Shown piece by piece: positions 1 to 8,251 of a stretch of DNA of 32,000 nucleotides. The translations under genes and the position numbers were made by a program. This DNA is from Gemmata obscuriglobus (lineage in GTDB: Bacteria > Planctomycetota > Planctomycetia > Gemmatales > Gemmataceae): contig NZ_CP042911.1 in assembly GCF_008065095.1 (NCBI RefSeq), positions 6,330,001 to 6,362,000 on the forward strand, in the 5' to 3' direction. How positions within the stretch are numbered: position 1 is the stretch's first letter; each line of letters opens with the position of its first letter. Under the pieces are notes generated by a model. That model was not told the DNA's origin. It made no database searches and was given only the letters and a program-made list of their open reading frames with translations.

Positions 1-49
1 TGGGACAACCGTTTTCTCCGCCGCAGCGCCCCTGGACGACATCGCGCAG

Positions 50-3000
50 GTGACCCAACCGGTCGTTCCAAGCCTCGCGCAAATCACGACCGGCGGTTTC
101 GGCTCGTACTGCGCGTGCCTGCTCCCCCAACTTGATCGAGACGTCTCCCTGAGCTCCGGGGCGATTATTTTCAGCGGGTCAGTCAATACCGATTCCGACT
201 CGCTCTCCTTGCTGTGGTCAGGCGCAACCAACGAGACTCTGCGTCAGGCCACGAAGGGCGGCTTCGGCTCGTACTGCGCGCCGTTGCTGCCGCGGGCCTA
301 CGTACCGGAGAGCCCGTACGTGCGTGTAGTTCGCGAGGCCGCTCCGGGAACGCACTTTATAGCGGCCGACGACGTGCGTGTGGCGACCCGGCAAGCGACC
401 GGAAACGCACTGGTGTTCTCGCAGGCCGTCGCCGATCATCCGCCACCGAGCCCCACTTCCGAGCCCCGGCAAGTGTTCAACTTCGTCACCGGGCTATTCG
501 GCAGCCCGCGGGACGCAACTCCGTCAGAAAGAACGTCTGACAAGACGGCCACGGCCTCCGTTCCGGCCGAAGTGGTGCCCACGTTCCGGCCGCTTCCACC
601 GGCGCCGCCCGGCGTGATTCGCACCGTTGAGGCCGTCGAAGACGCGGTGATGACGCCGCCGACGTGCCCCCCGTGCCCGCTGCCGAAGGTCACACCGAAT
701 CCGCTGCTCGGGACGTGGTACCACGAAGCGCCGACGCTCGGGGTCGTGACCGCCCTGACCTTCGCGCACGACGAACTGAAAATGAGCGTGGCCCACCAGT
801 TCAACGGGCACGTCCTGACGGTCAACGTCACCGCGCACTACACCCTCACGCCAGACGGGCTCGTCTACGGGGCCGTGACCGGCGCGGACGTGGGCATCAA
901 AGCCGACCCGAAAGCGGAGTCACCGGCCGGTGAGTTGGCCAAAGCGGCGTTGATCTCCCAAATGGTCGTGGACGCCCCCTTTTCCTGTCGGACCAAAGCC
1001 ACTTCCGCCGGACTGATGGTGAGCGGCGTCAAGTTCGGTCTGAAGCTGGAAGCGGACGAGAACGAACAACTTCAGATGGCGTTCGGCGGGCTGTTCAAGT
1101 GCGCGAAGGACGGGCAGGCTCCGCCGCAGCCGGTCGCCATCAAGACCAAGGCCGCCGGCAAGTGTGACTGCGGCTTTAATCCGAACGACTACGCGGATCT
1201 CAAACCGAAAGCTCAGCCGATCGAGTCCACCGGTGGTGCTACGTCGCGGCCCGCTCCCGTTACGCCAAGCGCCGGCACCGAGTCGTTCGGGCCGCCGTTC
1301 CTGACGAAGATTAAGGGCCTGGACCCGTACAGCCCGCAAGCGGTTCCGGCTGTTCCGCCTCCCGCGCCGGCGCGCCAGCCGGGGGTCTCGGAAGACAGCA
1401 CCAAGCAGATGGCGCTGGAGGCGTTCGGCCAACTGCTCCAACAAAGCGGCGTGGTGCGCCCGGCCACAAGCGGGATGACGCTGCCTTCCGGACGGTATGA
1501 ACCTTACCCTCAGTACTTTCCGCCGGACCCGGTCCCCCCGCTGCCGCGCGAGTTGGCGAACGAAGGCGCGGTGCGGCCCGCGACGGCGATCGATCCGTGC
1601 GCCGTCGAGCGTTTCAACTCCGTTGCCAAGCAGGCTACTTTAGCCCAGTTCGGTACTCCGAATTCGATCCTCAGCACGTGGTACCACGAGGTGCCGGCAC
1701 ACGGGGCCGTGATCGCCATGACGTTCACGCGCGACGAGTTGCAAACGCGCCTGACCCTCAGCGTCGAAGGGAACGTCCTCACGGTCGCCACGACCGCACG
1801 CTATACGTTCACGCCGGATGGGCAGGTGTTCGGCGTCGTCACCGGCGTTGATGTGGAGATGAAGGGCGGTAAGGCTGAAAAAACCGTCTCACACCTGCGC
1901 GGCGAACTGCAGGTGATGACACAAACTCTGCTGGGCGCACCGTTCGCGTTCCGCGCAAACGTCACCTCAATCGGGCTAACGGTGGAGGGCGCGAAGTGCG
2001 GGCTTAGCGCGGGGAAGAAAGAGGCCGATGTTGTAGGGGACGTGTTCAATGGCCAATTCAAGAAGGCCAATGGTGCCAACATTCCTCAGCCCACCGAACC
2101 CAAAATGAGCGGGTTCGTACCCGAGGCCGCAGTTGGTTCCACGACTCCCCCGAGTGGGCCGACTCGTCACGTGCGCCCTGGTATCGAGGTGGTTGCCGGT
2201 GAAGTTGGGGGGGGTGCCATCGACCAATCGTACCGTTATATAGAAGGCCCGACGACGATCCCTTACGTAGAAGGCCCGAACGGTGAGATAGTCACGGGCG
2301 CGCGCGGGGTGACGGTGCCCTCCGGACGGTGTGAACCTTGCCCGCAGAACGCCGTTCCCTTCGACTACGTTGCCACACAGGCCACGTTAGCCCCGCTGGC
2401 GGCACCGAAGGTCGGGACGTGGTACCGCATCGCCACACAGGGCACGGTCGCCCCGCTAGCGGCACCAAAGGGCGCGCCGGTCGGGACGTGGTACCGCGAC
2501 ATTGCCGGTAAGCAGTGCGTGGTGAAGGTGACCCCGGATCACCTCACCCTCACCGTCCACGACGCGCAAGAGGTGGACGGCAAGGTTTCGACCGCCAGCC
2601 TCGTCATCACGGCCGATTACCACCTCACCCGCGACGGGATCACCGCGCTGGGGCTCATCACGAGCGTGGACGTGAACTTCGAGGGCGACTTCCCGGCCGA
2701 CGACTCGAAGCCGTTCTTCGAGATGCTCGGCGACCTGCAAAAGTCGCTCGAAGACAAGCCGCTGGCGCTGACGTTCCGCACCTACGGCGACTCGCTGGTG
2801 ATCGGGAACGTGCGGATGCCGTCGGCGTCGGACCGGCTCGACGCGCAGCCGGCCGGGTACATGGCCGGACGGTATAAGGCCGCCGGGGACAAGCTGCCGA
2901 AACCGAAGCCGACCAAGATGCCGGCGGAGCCGAGAGCGTTCGTGCCGAACGGCCCGCCGCCGGGGTTGCCGGTCGGGGGCAACCCGGGTTCCTCGCTCGG

Positions 3001-3397
3001 GCAACCGCTCGGCGCCCCCGGAGGGTTCTTACCGCCGCCAGGAAATGCGCCCCCGGCCATCGGACCAACGTACCCCCCACCGCTCCCGTCGTCGAACAGC
3101 GACCTGCTCCCACCGCAGCAGATCCCGTCGGCCCCGCCCGCGCGGGTCGTGCCGTCGGGCGGTGAGGATTCGTGGGTGCCGCCGATGGCCCAGCCAGCCA
3201 AACCCGGGCCGGTGCGGCCGGTGATCGAGGGGGAAGAATCGAGAACAAAGGGGACGTTTAACCCGAATATTAGCGGGCTGTTGTTCCGGTCGGAAAGTGG
3301 TGACCTCCACCAGATCCAGAACGAGTGGCGCCGGTTCTGGTTCGACGACCGGCCGAGCGAGCCGACGCCGGAACGAATTCACGGCGGCATCTACTGA
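50..3397 (+). CDS. Large repetitive proline-rich protein with three lipocalin-like 'GTWY' modules (possibly 5'-partial)
   Basis: Longest ORF in this region, with G/C-rich third codon positions. The frame has no stop back to base 2, so the true start may lie upstream of the window. It contains three ~115-aa modules, each opening with G-T-W-Y, a duplicated GGFGSYCAxLLP motif (nt 92-115 and 257-280), Pro-rich linkers and a Pro-rich C-terminal third. Confidence 0.8.
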   Translation: MTQPVVPSLAQITTGGFGSYCACLLPQLDRDVSLSSGAIIFSGSVNTDSDSLSLLWSGATNETLRQATKGGFGSYCAPLLPRAYVPESPYVRVVREAAPGTHFIAADDVRVATRQATGNALVFSQAVADHPPPSPTSEPRQVFNFVTGLFGSPRDATPSERTSDKTATASVPAEVVPTFRPLPPAPPGVIRTVEAVEDAVMTPPTCPPCPLPKVTPNPLLGTWYHEAPTLGVVTALTFAHDELKMSVAHQFNGHVLTVNVTAHYTLTPDGLVYGAVTGADVGIKADPKAESPAGELAKAALISQMVVDAPFSCRTKATSAGLMVSGVKFGLKLEADENEQLQMAFGGLFKCAKDGQAPPQPVAIKTKAAGKCDCGFNPNDYADLKPKAQPIESTGGATSRPAPVTPSAGTESFGPPFLTKIKGLDPYSPQAVPAVPPPAPARQPGVSEDSTKQMALEAFGQLLQQSGVVRPATSGMTLPSGRYEPYPQYFPPDPVPPLPRELANEGAVRPATAIDPCAVERFNSVAKQATLAQFGTPNSILSTWYHEVPAHGAVIAMTFTRDELQTRLTLSVEGNVLTVATTARYTFTPDGQVFGVVTGVDVEMKGGKAEKTVSHLRGELQVMTQTLLGAPFAFRANVTSIGLTVEGAKCGLSAGKKEADVVGDVFNGQFKKANGANIPQPTEPKMSGFVPEAAVGSTTPPSGPTRHVRPGIEVVAGEVGGGAIDQSYRYIEGPTTIPYVEGPNGEIVTGARGVTVPSGRCEPCPQNAVPFDYVATQATLAPLAAPKVGTWYRIATQGTVAPLAAPKGAPVGTWYRDIAGKQCVVKVTPDHLTLTVHDAQEVDGKVSTASLVITADYHLTRDGITALGLITSVDVNFEGDFPADDSKPFFEMLGDLQKSLEDKPLALTFRTYGDSLVIGNVRMPSASDRLDAQPAGYMAGRYKAAGDKLPKPKPTKMPAEPRAFVPNGPPPGLPVGGNPGSSLGQPLGAPGGFLPPPGNAPPAIGPTYPPPLPSSNSDLLPPQQIPSAPPARVVPSGGEDSWVPPMAQPAKPGPVRPVIEGEESRTKGTFNPNISGLLFRSESGDLHQIQNEWRRFWFDDRPSEPTPERIHGGIY
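704..1050 (+). repeat. Internal protein module 1 (LLGTWYHEAP...GVKFGLKLE), lipocalin-like
   Basis: Aligns by eye with modules 2 and 3. Shared pattern: GTWYxE, a hydrophobic strand, 'F..DEL', 'G..LTV', 'YT(L/F)TPDG.V(Y/F)G.VTG.DV'. The DNA of modules 1 and 2 is also visibly similar (for example gtggtaccacga). Confidence 0.65.
1666..2015 (+). repeat. Internal protein module 2 (ILSTWYHEVP...GAKCGLSAG), lipocalin-like
   Basis: Same motif order as module 1. It is preceded by a PSGRYEPYPQ linker, which recurs as PSGRCEPCPQ before module 3. Confidence 0.65.
2372..2497 (+). repeat. In-frame tandem duplication (60-nt unit plus a 66-nt unit) inside the large ORF
   Basis: gccacacaggccacgttagccccgctggcggcaccgaag...gtcgggacgtggtaccgc is followed directly by gccacacagggcacggtcgccccgctagcggcaccaaag[ggcgcgccg]gtcgggacgtggtaccgc. 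At protein level: ATQATLAPLAAPKVGTWYR / ATQGTVAPLAAPKGAPVGTWYR. Confidence 0.85.
2476..2822 (+). repeat. Internal protein module 3 (PVGTWYRDIAGK...VIGNVRMP), diverged lipocalin-like
   Basis: Starts with GTWY, then 'V.VTPDHLTLTV' and 'ADYHLTRDGI..LGLITSVDV'. More diverged than modules 1 and 2. Confidence 0.5.
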
Positions 3398-3421
3398 TCG
3401 GTTTTCGGCGCATGATCTTGT

Positions 3422-3483
3422 CGGTACGCGTGCGGGGGCGGTGAGGGGCAACAAGTCCCCTCACCGCCCCCGCACGCGTACCG
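3422..3483 (+). terminator. Perfect 27-bp GC-rich hairpin downstream of the large ORF (putative terminator, no U-tract)
   Basis: cggtacgcgtgcgggggcggtgagggg / loop caacaagt / cccctcaccgcccccgcacgcgtaccg. It begins 25 nt after the stop at 3397. The terminator function is inferred. Confidence 0.5.
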
Positions 3484-3604
3484 GCCCGGCTGCTGAGCAT
3501 GGTAGACGACAAATGAAGATTCCGTGAGAGGCTGCTACCGCACTGCAATTCCGGCCGAATCGCACGCATATTAAACTGACTTTCACCTTCCGGAGGACGG
3601 CCCC

Positions 3605-3841
3605 ATGCTGAACTGGATCAGGCGACGGCTCGCCAAGTCCGCTGCGTCCGCCGTCTTGACCGATCCGGCGCCGATGGACATCCTCCACGACAAGATCGCG
3701 GCCCGTGCGGCGGAAATCTGGGACCGAAAGGGACGCCCGCACGGTCAGGACGTACAGAACTGGATGGAGGCCGAGGCCGAACTGCGGGCCGAGTTCGCCG
3801 CCCATCCAACCCCCGAACCGTTGCCGCGAAAGCCCCGATGA
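3605..3841 (+). CDS. DUF2934-like small protein
   Basis: AAEIWDRKGRPHGQDVQNWMEAEAELR matches the DUF2934 signature as I recall it (IW...G.P.G.D..dW..AE.el). GGAGGA lies 8 nt upstream of the ATG. The stop overlaps the next start (ATGA at 3838-3841). Confidence 0.75.
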   Translation: MLNWIRRRLAKSAASAVLTDPAPMDILHDKIAARAAEIWDRKGRPHGQDVQNWMEAEAELRAEFAAHPTPEPLPRKPR

Positions 3842-4590
3842 CGCTCGCGTTCCGCCACCGCCCGGCCCCCCCATCCCCGCTGAGCCGGTGGGACGGCCGG
3901 TGGAAGCTCGCCGCCGTCCTGCTCACCGTGGCCGCAATCGCCGCGCTCGATCGATTGGCTCCCGCTGCTGCGGCGTTGGGGCTGGGGTTGGGTTTGCTCG
4001 CACTGGCCCGGCTCCCGGGCTCCTGGGTCCGCCCCCGGTTACTCGTTTTCGCAGCCTCTGCCCTTCCCTTCCTCCTCGTTCTGCCGTTCACCCTGGACGG
4101 CGCCGGCTGGGATGTCGGCCCGGTCCACGTCTCCGAGCGCGGGCTGCTCGTCGGGCTCGCGGTGCTGTGCCGAGGGCTCGCGATCGGCAGCCTCGCACTT
4201 CTCCTGGTGGGCACCGCGCCGCTCCACCACACACTCGCCGCCGCGCACAAACTCAAAATGCCGGGGCTACTGGTTCAGCTCACGGTCCTGGCGTACCGCT
4301 ACACCTTCTTGCTGGCGGACGAGTTGCGCCGGCTGCGGGTGGCGATGCGCACCCGCGGGTTCCGCGTGAGCGCCGACCGCCACGGCTACCGCACACTCGG
4401 GCACGCGACCGGGGCGCTGCTCGTGCGCGGGGCCGATCGCGCCGACCACGTGGCCGCCGCGATGCGGTGCCGCGGGTTCGACGGCACATTTCACACACTT
4501 TTAGGATTTCGTACTACCGCCAGCGATATCATCTCCTTTGCGGCCCTCGTCGCCGCGGCCGTCGCCCTTGTGCTGTGGGACCGCGCTTAA
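3838..4590 (+). CDS. cbiQ: ECF-type transporter transmembrane (T) component, CbiQ/EcfT family
   Basis: Multi-pass hydrophobic protein. The N-terminal 'L.RWDGRWKL' resembles the family's 'ldpR.Kl' motif. The 'LRVAMRTRGF' motif is the Ala-Arg-Gly coupling motif of EcfT/CbiQ. It overlaps both neighbours (ATGA upstream, TAATG downstream). Confidence 0.8.
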   Translation: MTLAFRHRPAPPSPLSRWDGRWKLAAVLLTVAAIAALDRLAPAAAALGLGLGLLALARLPGSWVRPRLLVFAASALPFLLVLPFTLDGAGWDVGPVHVSERGLLVGLAVLCRGLAIGSLALLLVGTAPLHHTLAAAHKLKMPGLLVQLTVLAYRYTFLLADELRRLRVAMRTRGFRVSADRHGYRTLGHATGALLVRGADRADHVAAAMRCRGFDGTFHTLLGFRTTASDIISFAALVAAAVALVLWDRA

Positions 4591-5387
4591 TGCGGAACGC
4601 GGAACTCGCTACCCGTACCGAAACGATCGAACGCCCCGCCGGCTCGGCTCCCCGCGCTCTGCCCCCCGCGCTCCGCGCGTCCGCACTGTCACACCGATAC
4701 GCGGACGGCCGCCCGGCACTCGAAGGCGTCTCGTTCGATCTGGAGCCCGGGGCGTGCGTGGCCATCGTCGGGCCGAACGGCGCCGGCAAGACGACGCTGT
4801 TCCTGCGGCTGTGCGGCGTGCTGAACGGCAAACCGGGACAGGCGTCCGTCGGCGGGCTCGACCCCGCGGTCCCGGAACACCGGAAGAAGCTGCCGGAGGT
4901 GGTCGGGGTGGTGTTCCAGAACCCCGACGACCAGCTTTTCAGCCCCACAGTCGCCGAGGACGTGGCGTTCGGCCCGCTAAACATGGGCCACCCGCCCGGG
5001 GAGGTGCGGGCGCGGGTGGCGGACGCGCTCGGCGCGGTCGGACTGTCCGGGGCCGGTGAGCGGGTGCCGTTCCAGCTTTCCGGCGGGGAGAAGCGCCGGG
5101 CCGCGCTCGCCGGTGTGCTCGCGATGCGCCCAGCGGTGCTGCTGCTCGACGAGCCGAGCATGTTCCTCGACCCGCGCAGCCGGCGCGAGCTGATCGGGCT
5201 GGTACGCGATCTGCCGGGCACGAAGCTCATCGCCACCCACGACCTCGACCTCGTTCTGGACACCTGCCCGCGGGTGCTGGTGCTGGACGCCGGCCGGATC
5301 GCGGCCGACGGCCCCGCCGAAAAGCTCCTGGCGGACCCGGAGCTGATGGAGCGGCACGGGCTGGAGGTGCCCCACCGGCTCCGCTGA
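4590..5387 (+). CDS. cbiO: ECF/ABC transporter ATP-binding component, CbiO/EcfA family
   Basis: Walker [11 protein letters not shown]-loop, ABC signature LSGGEKRR, Walker B LLLDEP and H-loop ATHD are all present. ATG 4590 overlaps the cbiQ stop (TAATG). The 560-aa track ORF starting at 3705 is an out-of-phase upstream extension across cbiQ. Confidence 0.9.
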   Translation: MRNAELATRTETIERPAGSAPRALPPALRASALSHRYADGRPALEGVSFDLEPGACVAIVGPNGAGKTTLFLRLCGVLNGKPGQASVGGLDPAVPEHRKKLPEVVGVVFQNPDDQLFSPTVAEDVAFGPLNMGHPPGEVRARVADALGAVGLSGAGERVPFQLSGGEKRRAALAGVLAMRPAVLLLDEPSMFLDPRSRRELIGLVRDLPGTKLIATHDLDLVLDTCPRVLVLDAGRIAADGPAEKLLADPELMERHGLEVPHRLR

Positions 5388-5464
5388 GCGGCCCGGATTT
5401 CGGGAATCTGGCGACCGGTTCTGCATCATATATTGAACGGACCGTCGGTTCCGCCATTCACCCC

Positions 5465-6310
5465 GTGCGCCACACCATGCCTTCCACCCTGCTCGCCGAA
5501 CCGCCGCTGAACCCCGTTCACGAGGTCTTTCACGTCGATCGCGTCCTGCGGCCGAGCGAAACCGGGCCGCAGCGCAAGCACAAGATCATTGCGGTGCTGC
5601 CCGCCTACAACGCGGAACAGACGCTCGCGGCCACGATCGCCGATTTCCCGGCGGGGTGCGTCGACGAAATCCTGCTCGTGGACGACGGGAGCAAGGACAA
5701 CACCGTCGCCATCGCCCGCGAGATGGGGCTGACGGTCATCGTCCACGAGAAGAACACGGGCTACGGCGGCAACCAGAAAACGTGCTACAAGTACTGCCTG
5801 GACAACGGCGCCGACGTGGTGGTGATGATCCACCCGGACTACCAGTACGACGCCCGGGTGATCCCGCACGCCGTCGGGATGATCGAACTCGGCATCTGCG
5901 ACGTGATCCTCGGGAACCGCGTCCGCAGCCGGGCCGAGGCGCTGAAGTGCGGGATGCCGTGGTGGAAGTACGTCAGCAACCGCGGGCTGACCGCGTTCGA
6001 GAACCTCTTCCTAGGGCAGAACCTGGGTGAGTTCCATTCGGGCTTCCGGGTGTACCGCCGCAACGTGTTGGAAACGATCCCGTTCGAGCGGAACAGTAAC
6101 GACTTCGTGTTCGACACGCAGTTCCTGGTTCAGGCGGTCCACTTCGGGTTCCGCCTCGGCGACATCCCCGTTCCCGTCCGCTACTTCGACGAGGCGAGCC
6201 AGATCAACTTCCGTCGCAGCACGAAGTACGGCCTCCAGACGCTCACCGCCGTGGGCCGCTTCTGGCTCAACAAGTTCGGCTGGAAGAGCGACCTGTTCCG
6301 GCCGAAATAG
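5465..6310 (+). CDS. Family 2 glycosyltransferase (Dpm1/GtrB-like)
   Basis: AVLPAYNAE...[13 protein letters not shown]...NTGYGGN...[11 protein letters not shown] is a typical GT-A/GT2 N-terminal fold with the DxD-type region. GTG 5465 or ATG 5477 are both possible starts. Confidence 0.85.
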   Translation: MRHTMPSTLLAEPPLNPVHEVFHVDRVLRPSETGPQRKHKIIAVLPAYNAEQTLAATIADFPAGCVDEILLVDDGSKDNTVAIAREMGLTVIVHEKNTGYGGNQKTCYKYCLDNGADVVVMIHPDYQYDARVIPHAVGMIELGICDVILGNRVRSRAEALKCGMPWWKYVSNRGLTAFENLFLGQNLGEFHSGFRVYRRNVLETIPFERNSNDFVFDTQFLVQAVHFGFRLGDIPVPVRYFDEASQINFRRSTKYGLQTLTAVGRFWLNKFGWKSDLFRPK

Positions 6311-6680
6311 TGCCCCGTGCGCGGCCCTTGATTCGTGCCGTGCTTGGGCCCGGCGCGAACGACGGTAACGCACCGGTACGGCGCCCGCGCCGGCACTCAC
6401 CGCGCGCGCAAATCCGGGGTGCCGTTGGCGGCTTCTCGGAAGAACGTCTCCACACCCGGTCCGGCTCCCAGGCTCGGGCGCGGTCCAGGGCCGCCGCCCG
6501 GTGCCCGGCGCAAAATGCCGGGTCGTCCCACAGACGTTCGATCGCGAACACCCATCCCTCGACCTCCTCTGCGGTGGGTGCCTCGGTGAACCGTTCCGGA
6601 CGCGGGAGCGTGTTCGGGGCCGCGGGCCTCTTCGCACGGGTCGGTATCGGGAGCAACTGGCATCGCGGGCATTTTTCCAC
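6267..6680 (-). CDS. Hypothetical ORF; N-terminal half reads like the C-terminal end of a GT1-type glycosyltransferase, and the rest is Arg-rich and doubtful
   Basis: G/C-rich third codon positions. '[31 protein letters not shown]' resembles the usual 'AI..LL.DP.l...g.aAr.ra..fsW..v' tail. A stop lies immediately upstream of the GTG, and the 3' end overlaps the GT2 gene convergently. Possibly a decayed remnant. Confidence 0.25.
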   Translation of the reverse strand: MEKCPRCQLLPIPTRAKRPAAPNTLPRPERFTEAPTAEEVEGWVFAIERLWDDPAFCAGHRAAALDRARAWEPDRVWRRSSEKPPTAPRICARGECRRGRRTGALPSFAPGPSTARIKGRARGTISAGTGRSSSRTC

Positions 6681-7197
6681 CTTTCATTCCGCTCGCAACC
6701 ACTCCGAACGGCCTCTGCCGCCTTATACCTGCATCGAGAAAATCGGGCACAAGTATTGGAAAGGAAACCGGTTGCGGCAATCAACCCGGGCTGTCATGGG
6801 GTCGACCCCACTCGCTCGGGGCGCCGCGATCGTGGAATCGGGCGCGATTCGTGGGTAGCGAACGCTCCAGCGGTTTGGCAGCGAATTGCCAGCGGGCCGG
6901 TAGCGGATGTCCCGTTGCTGCCCCTGTCCGTTACTCCCGGCTTCACGCGGTGTTCTTGTTCCGGCGGCAGGAATACAGCAAACCACCTGCAGCGTCGCTT
7001 CTGTTGACGAGCCGCGACCGCCCGGGAGCGCGGTCACGGCTCGTCAGGAAGGCGGACGTGCTACCGGGTCCGCGCGTCCGCCGATCCGCGCACGAGAACT
7101 CCCACAATAGCCAGATGGCACGGAGCGACCTGTGGGCGCGTACCGCCGGTGCGGTCGCCGCCCCCGGATGAAACGAGCGACGATGATGTGCGCGGCG

Positions 7198-7253
7198 TTC
7201 GGTATGGCGGGCCGCGCCCGAGCACGTGCCCCGGCGCGGCCCGCCATACCGAA
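7198..7253 (-). terminator. Perfect 21-bp GC-rich hairpin downstream of the SdrD-like gene stump
   Basis: ttcggtatggcgggccgcgcc / 14-nt loop / ggcgcggcccgccataccgaa. On the minus strand it lies 27 nt past the stump's stop. No U-tract. Confidence 0.45.
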
Positions 7254-7279
7254 CGGAACGAAGATCGCTGGAATGCGGG

Positions 7280-7537
7280 TTAAATGCCCGAACTGCCGGA
7301 CCCGCCGGAGCCGGCCCACCACATGCCCGCGTCCAGGTCCAGGTACTGCTGGTTGGCCGAAAGGCTGAACACGGCGCTGCGCCCGGTGGTGGTGTCGGCG
7401 TCGCTGTCGAGGGCGTCGTTACCGCCCTGGTCCTTGGGGCTGAACGTGTACCCGCCAGACGGGTGGAAGGTGCGAGCGGTGATGCGTGGGCTAAGGCCGG
7501 GCTTGGCTGCCTCTTGTAAGTGGTTGACGTAGCGATA
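7280..7537 (-). pseudogene. 3' stump of an SdrD B-like / Cna-B-type repeat protein gene (no start codon, truncated upstream)
   Basis: My own minus-strand translation: ...ITARTFHPSGGYTFSPKDQGGNDALDSDADTTTGRSAVFSLSANQQYLDLDAGMWWAGSGGSGSSGI*. 'GYTFSPKDQGGND..DSDAD..TG....F.L.......LDLDAG' is the characteristic end of an SdrD B-like domain. The frame is closed by TAG at 7538-7540, exactly where the composition drops to lower G+C. There is no Met, so it is absent from the ORF track. Confidence 0.6.
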
Positions 7538-7582
7538 CTATTGTTGCGTCTAAAATTGAACAGCTATCTGTCTGCTGCCTTT

Positions 7583-8026
7583 TTAAATGCCATTCGCTCT
7601 CGTTCTGCCCCATCGCCCCCCCCACAAAACGGTCACGAGCTCAGTCTCGGAGATGGCTTCGATGGTAACCTCTCGTGTGCTGGCGACATCGCCCTCTTCG
7701 ATACCGCCGCTGGTTAGTCGCAAGGTGGCATCTGACACTTTGTAGGTTCCAACGATGACGTGCGTCCGCCCCAGCGTATTGCTGCGAATGATTAGCTTGT
7801 CGGGCAACGAAAACTCGATAGATATGTCGGTATGCTCCTGGCAGTCTACGTTATTGATTGCAACTGCCTTCCACGTTCCAACGAGCAAGTCCTGTGTCGC
7901 TCTCGCTGCTGGCGGTGAAAAGTCCTTGTCCTTATCGCGTTCTCGCTGACCAAAAAAGTACCACGTCCCAGCGCACAAGAAAGTACAAGTCGCGACTAAC
8001 GCAAGCAGTCGAAGTCGAGTGCCCAT
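7583..8026 (-). CDS. Small secreted/anchored lipocalin-like protein (GxW paralog 1)
   Basis: Starting from ATG 8026 gives MGTRLRLLALVATCTFLCAG, a signal/anchor sequence, followed by LLVGTWKAV and a beta-rich ~100-aa body. It is paralogous to the next two genes. I recall planctomycete paralog families TIGR03066/TIGR03067 as similar; this is not verified. Confidence 0.75.
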   Translation of the reverse strand: MGTRLRLLALVATCTFLCAGTWYFFGQRERDKDKDFSPPAARATQDLLVGTWKAVAINNVDCQEHTDISIEFSLPDKLIIRSNTLGRTHVIVGTYKVSDATLRLTSGGIEEGDVASTREVTIEAISETELVTVLWGGRWGRTRANGI

Positions 8027-8251
8027 ACTGTTTCCGTGATGGGCAGATGTAGAAAATGAATGCGGTAAAGGTACGCACATCCTAATATGCACCAGCTAGA
8101 CTGACGACAGAAAGTACACGTCGATTGCTTGACCTCATGACTTGCGGCCTGCGATGAAGCCCCTGTAGACGTTCGCCCGAACTCCCGACGCGGGGTTGAC
8201 CGGTGACTCACATGGCCGCGAGGTGTGTCACACCGCATCTTGAGGGAAGGC

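Noticed and set aside
3400-3604. Possible cobalamin riboswitch upstream of the cbiQ/cbiO genes
   Set aside because: I could not find a B12-box-like core (GCCACTG-type). The region is dominated by one simple perfect hairpin.
3705-4589. N-terminal 295 aa of the 560-aa track ORF (3705..5387)
   Set aside because: It is Arg/Pro-rich nonsense that overlaps DUF2934 and cbiQ in another frame. The ABC ATPase sequence only begins at ATG 4590, which overlaps the cbiQ stop.
6310-7200. Several 80-180-aa ORFs on both strands (for example 6310..6858, 6501..7007, 6723..7037)
   Set aside because: All are Arg/Pro/Gly-rich with no motifs and they overlap one another. This is more consistent with non-coding or decayed high-G+C DNA. 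Only the 6267..6680 minus frame shows some protein-like sequence, and it is kept at low confidence.
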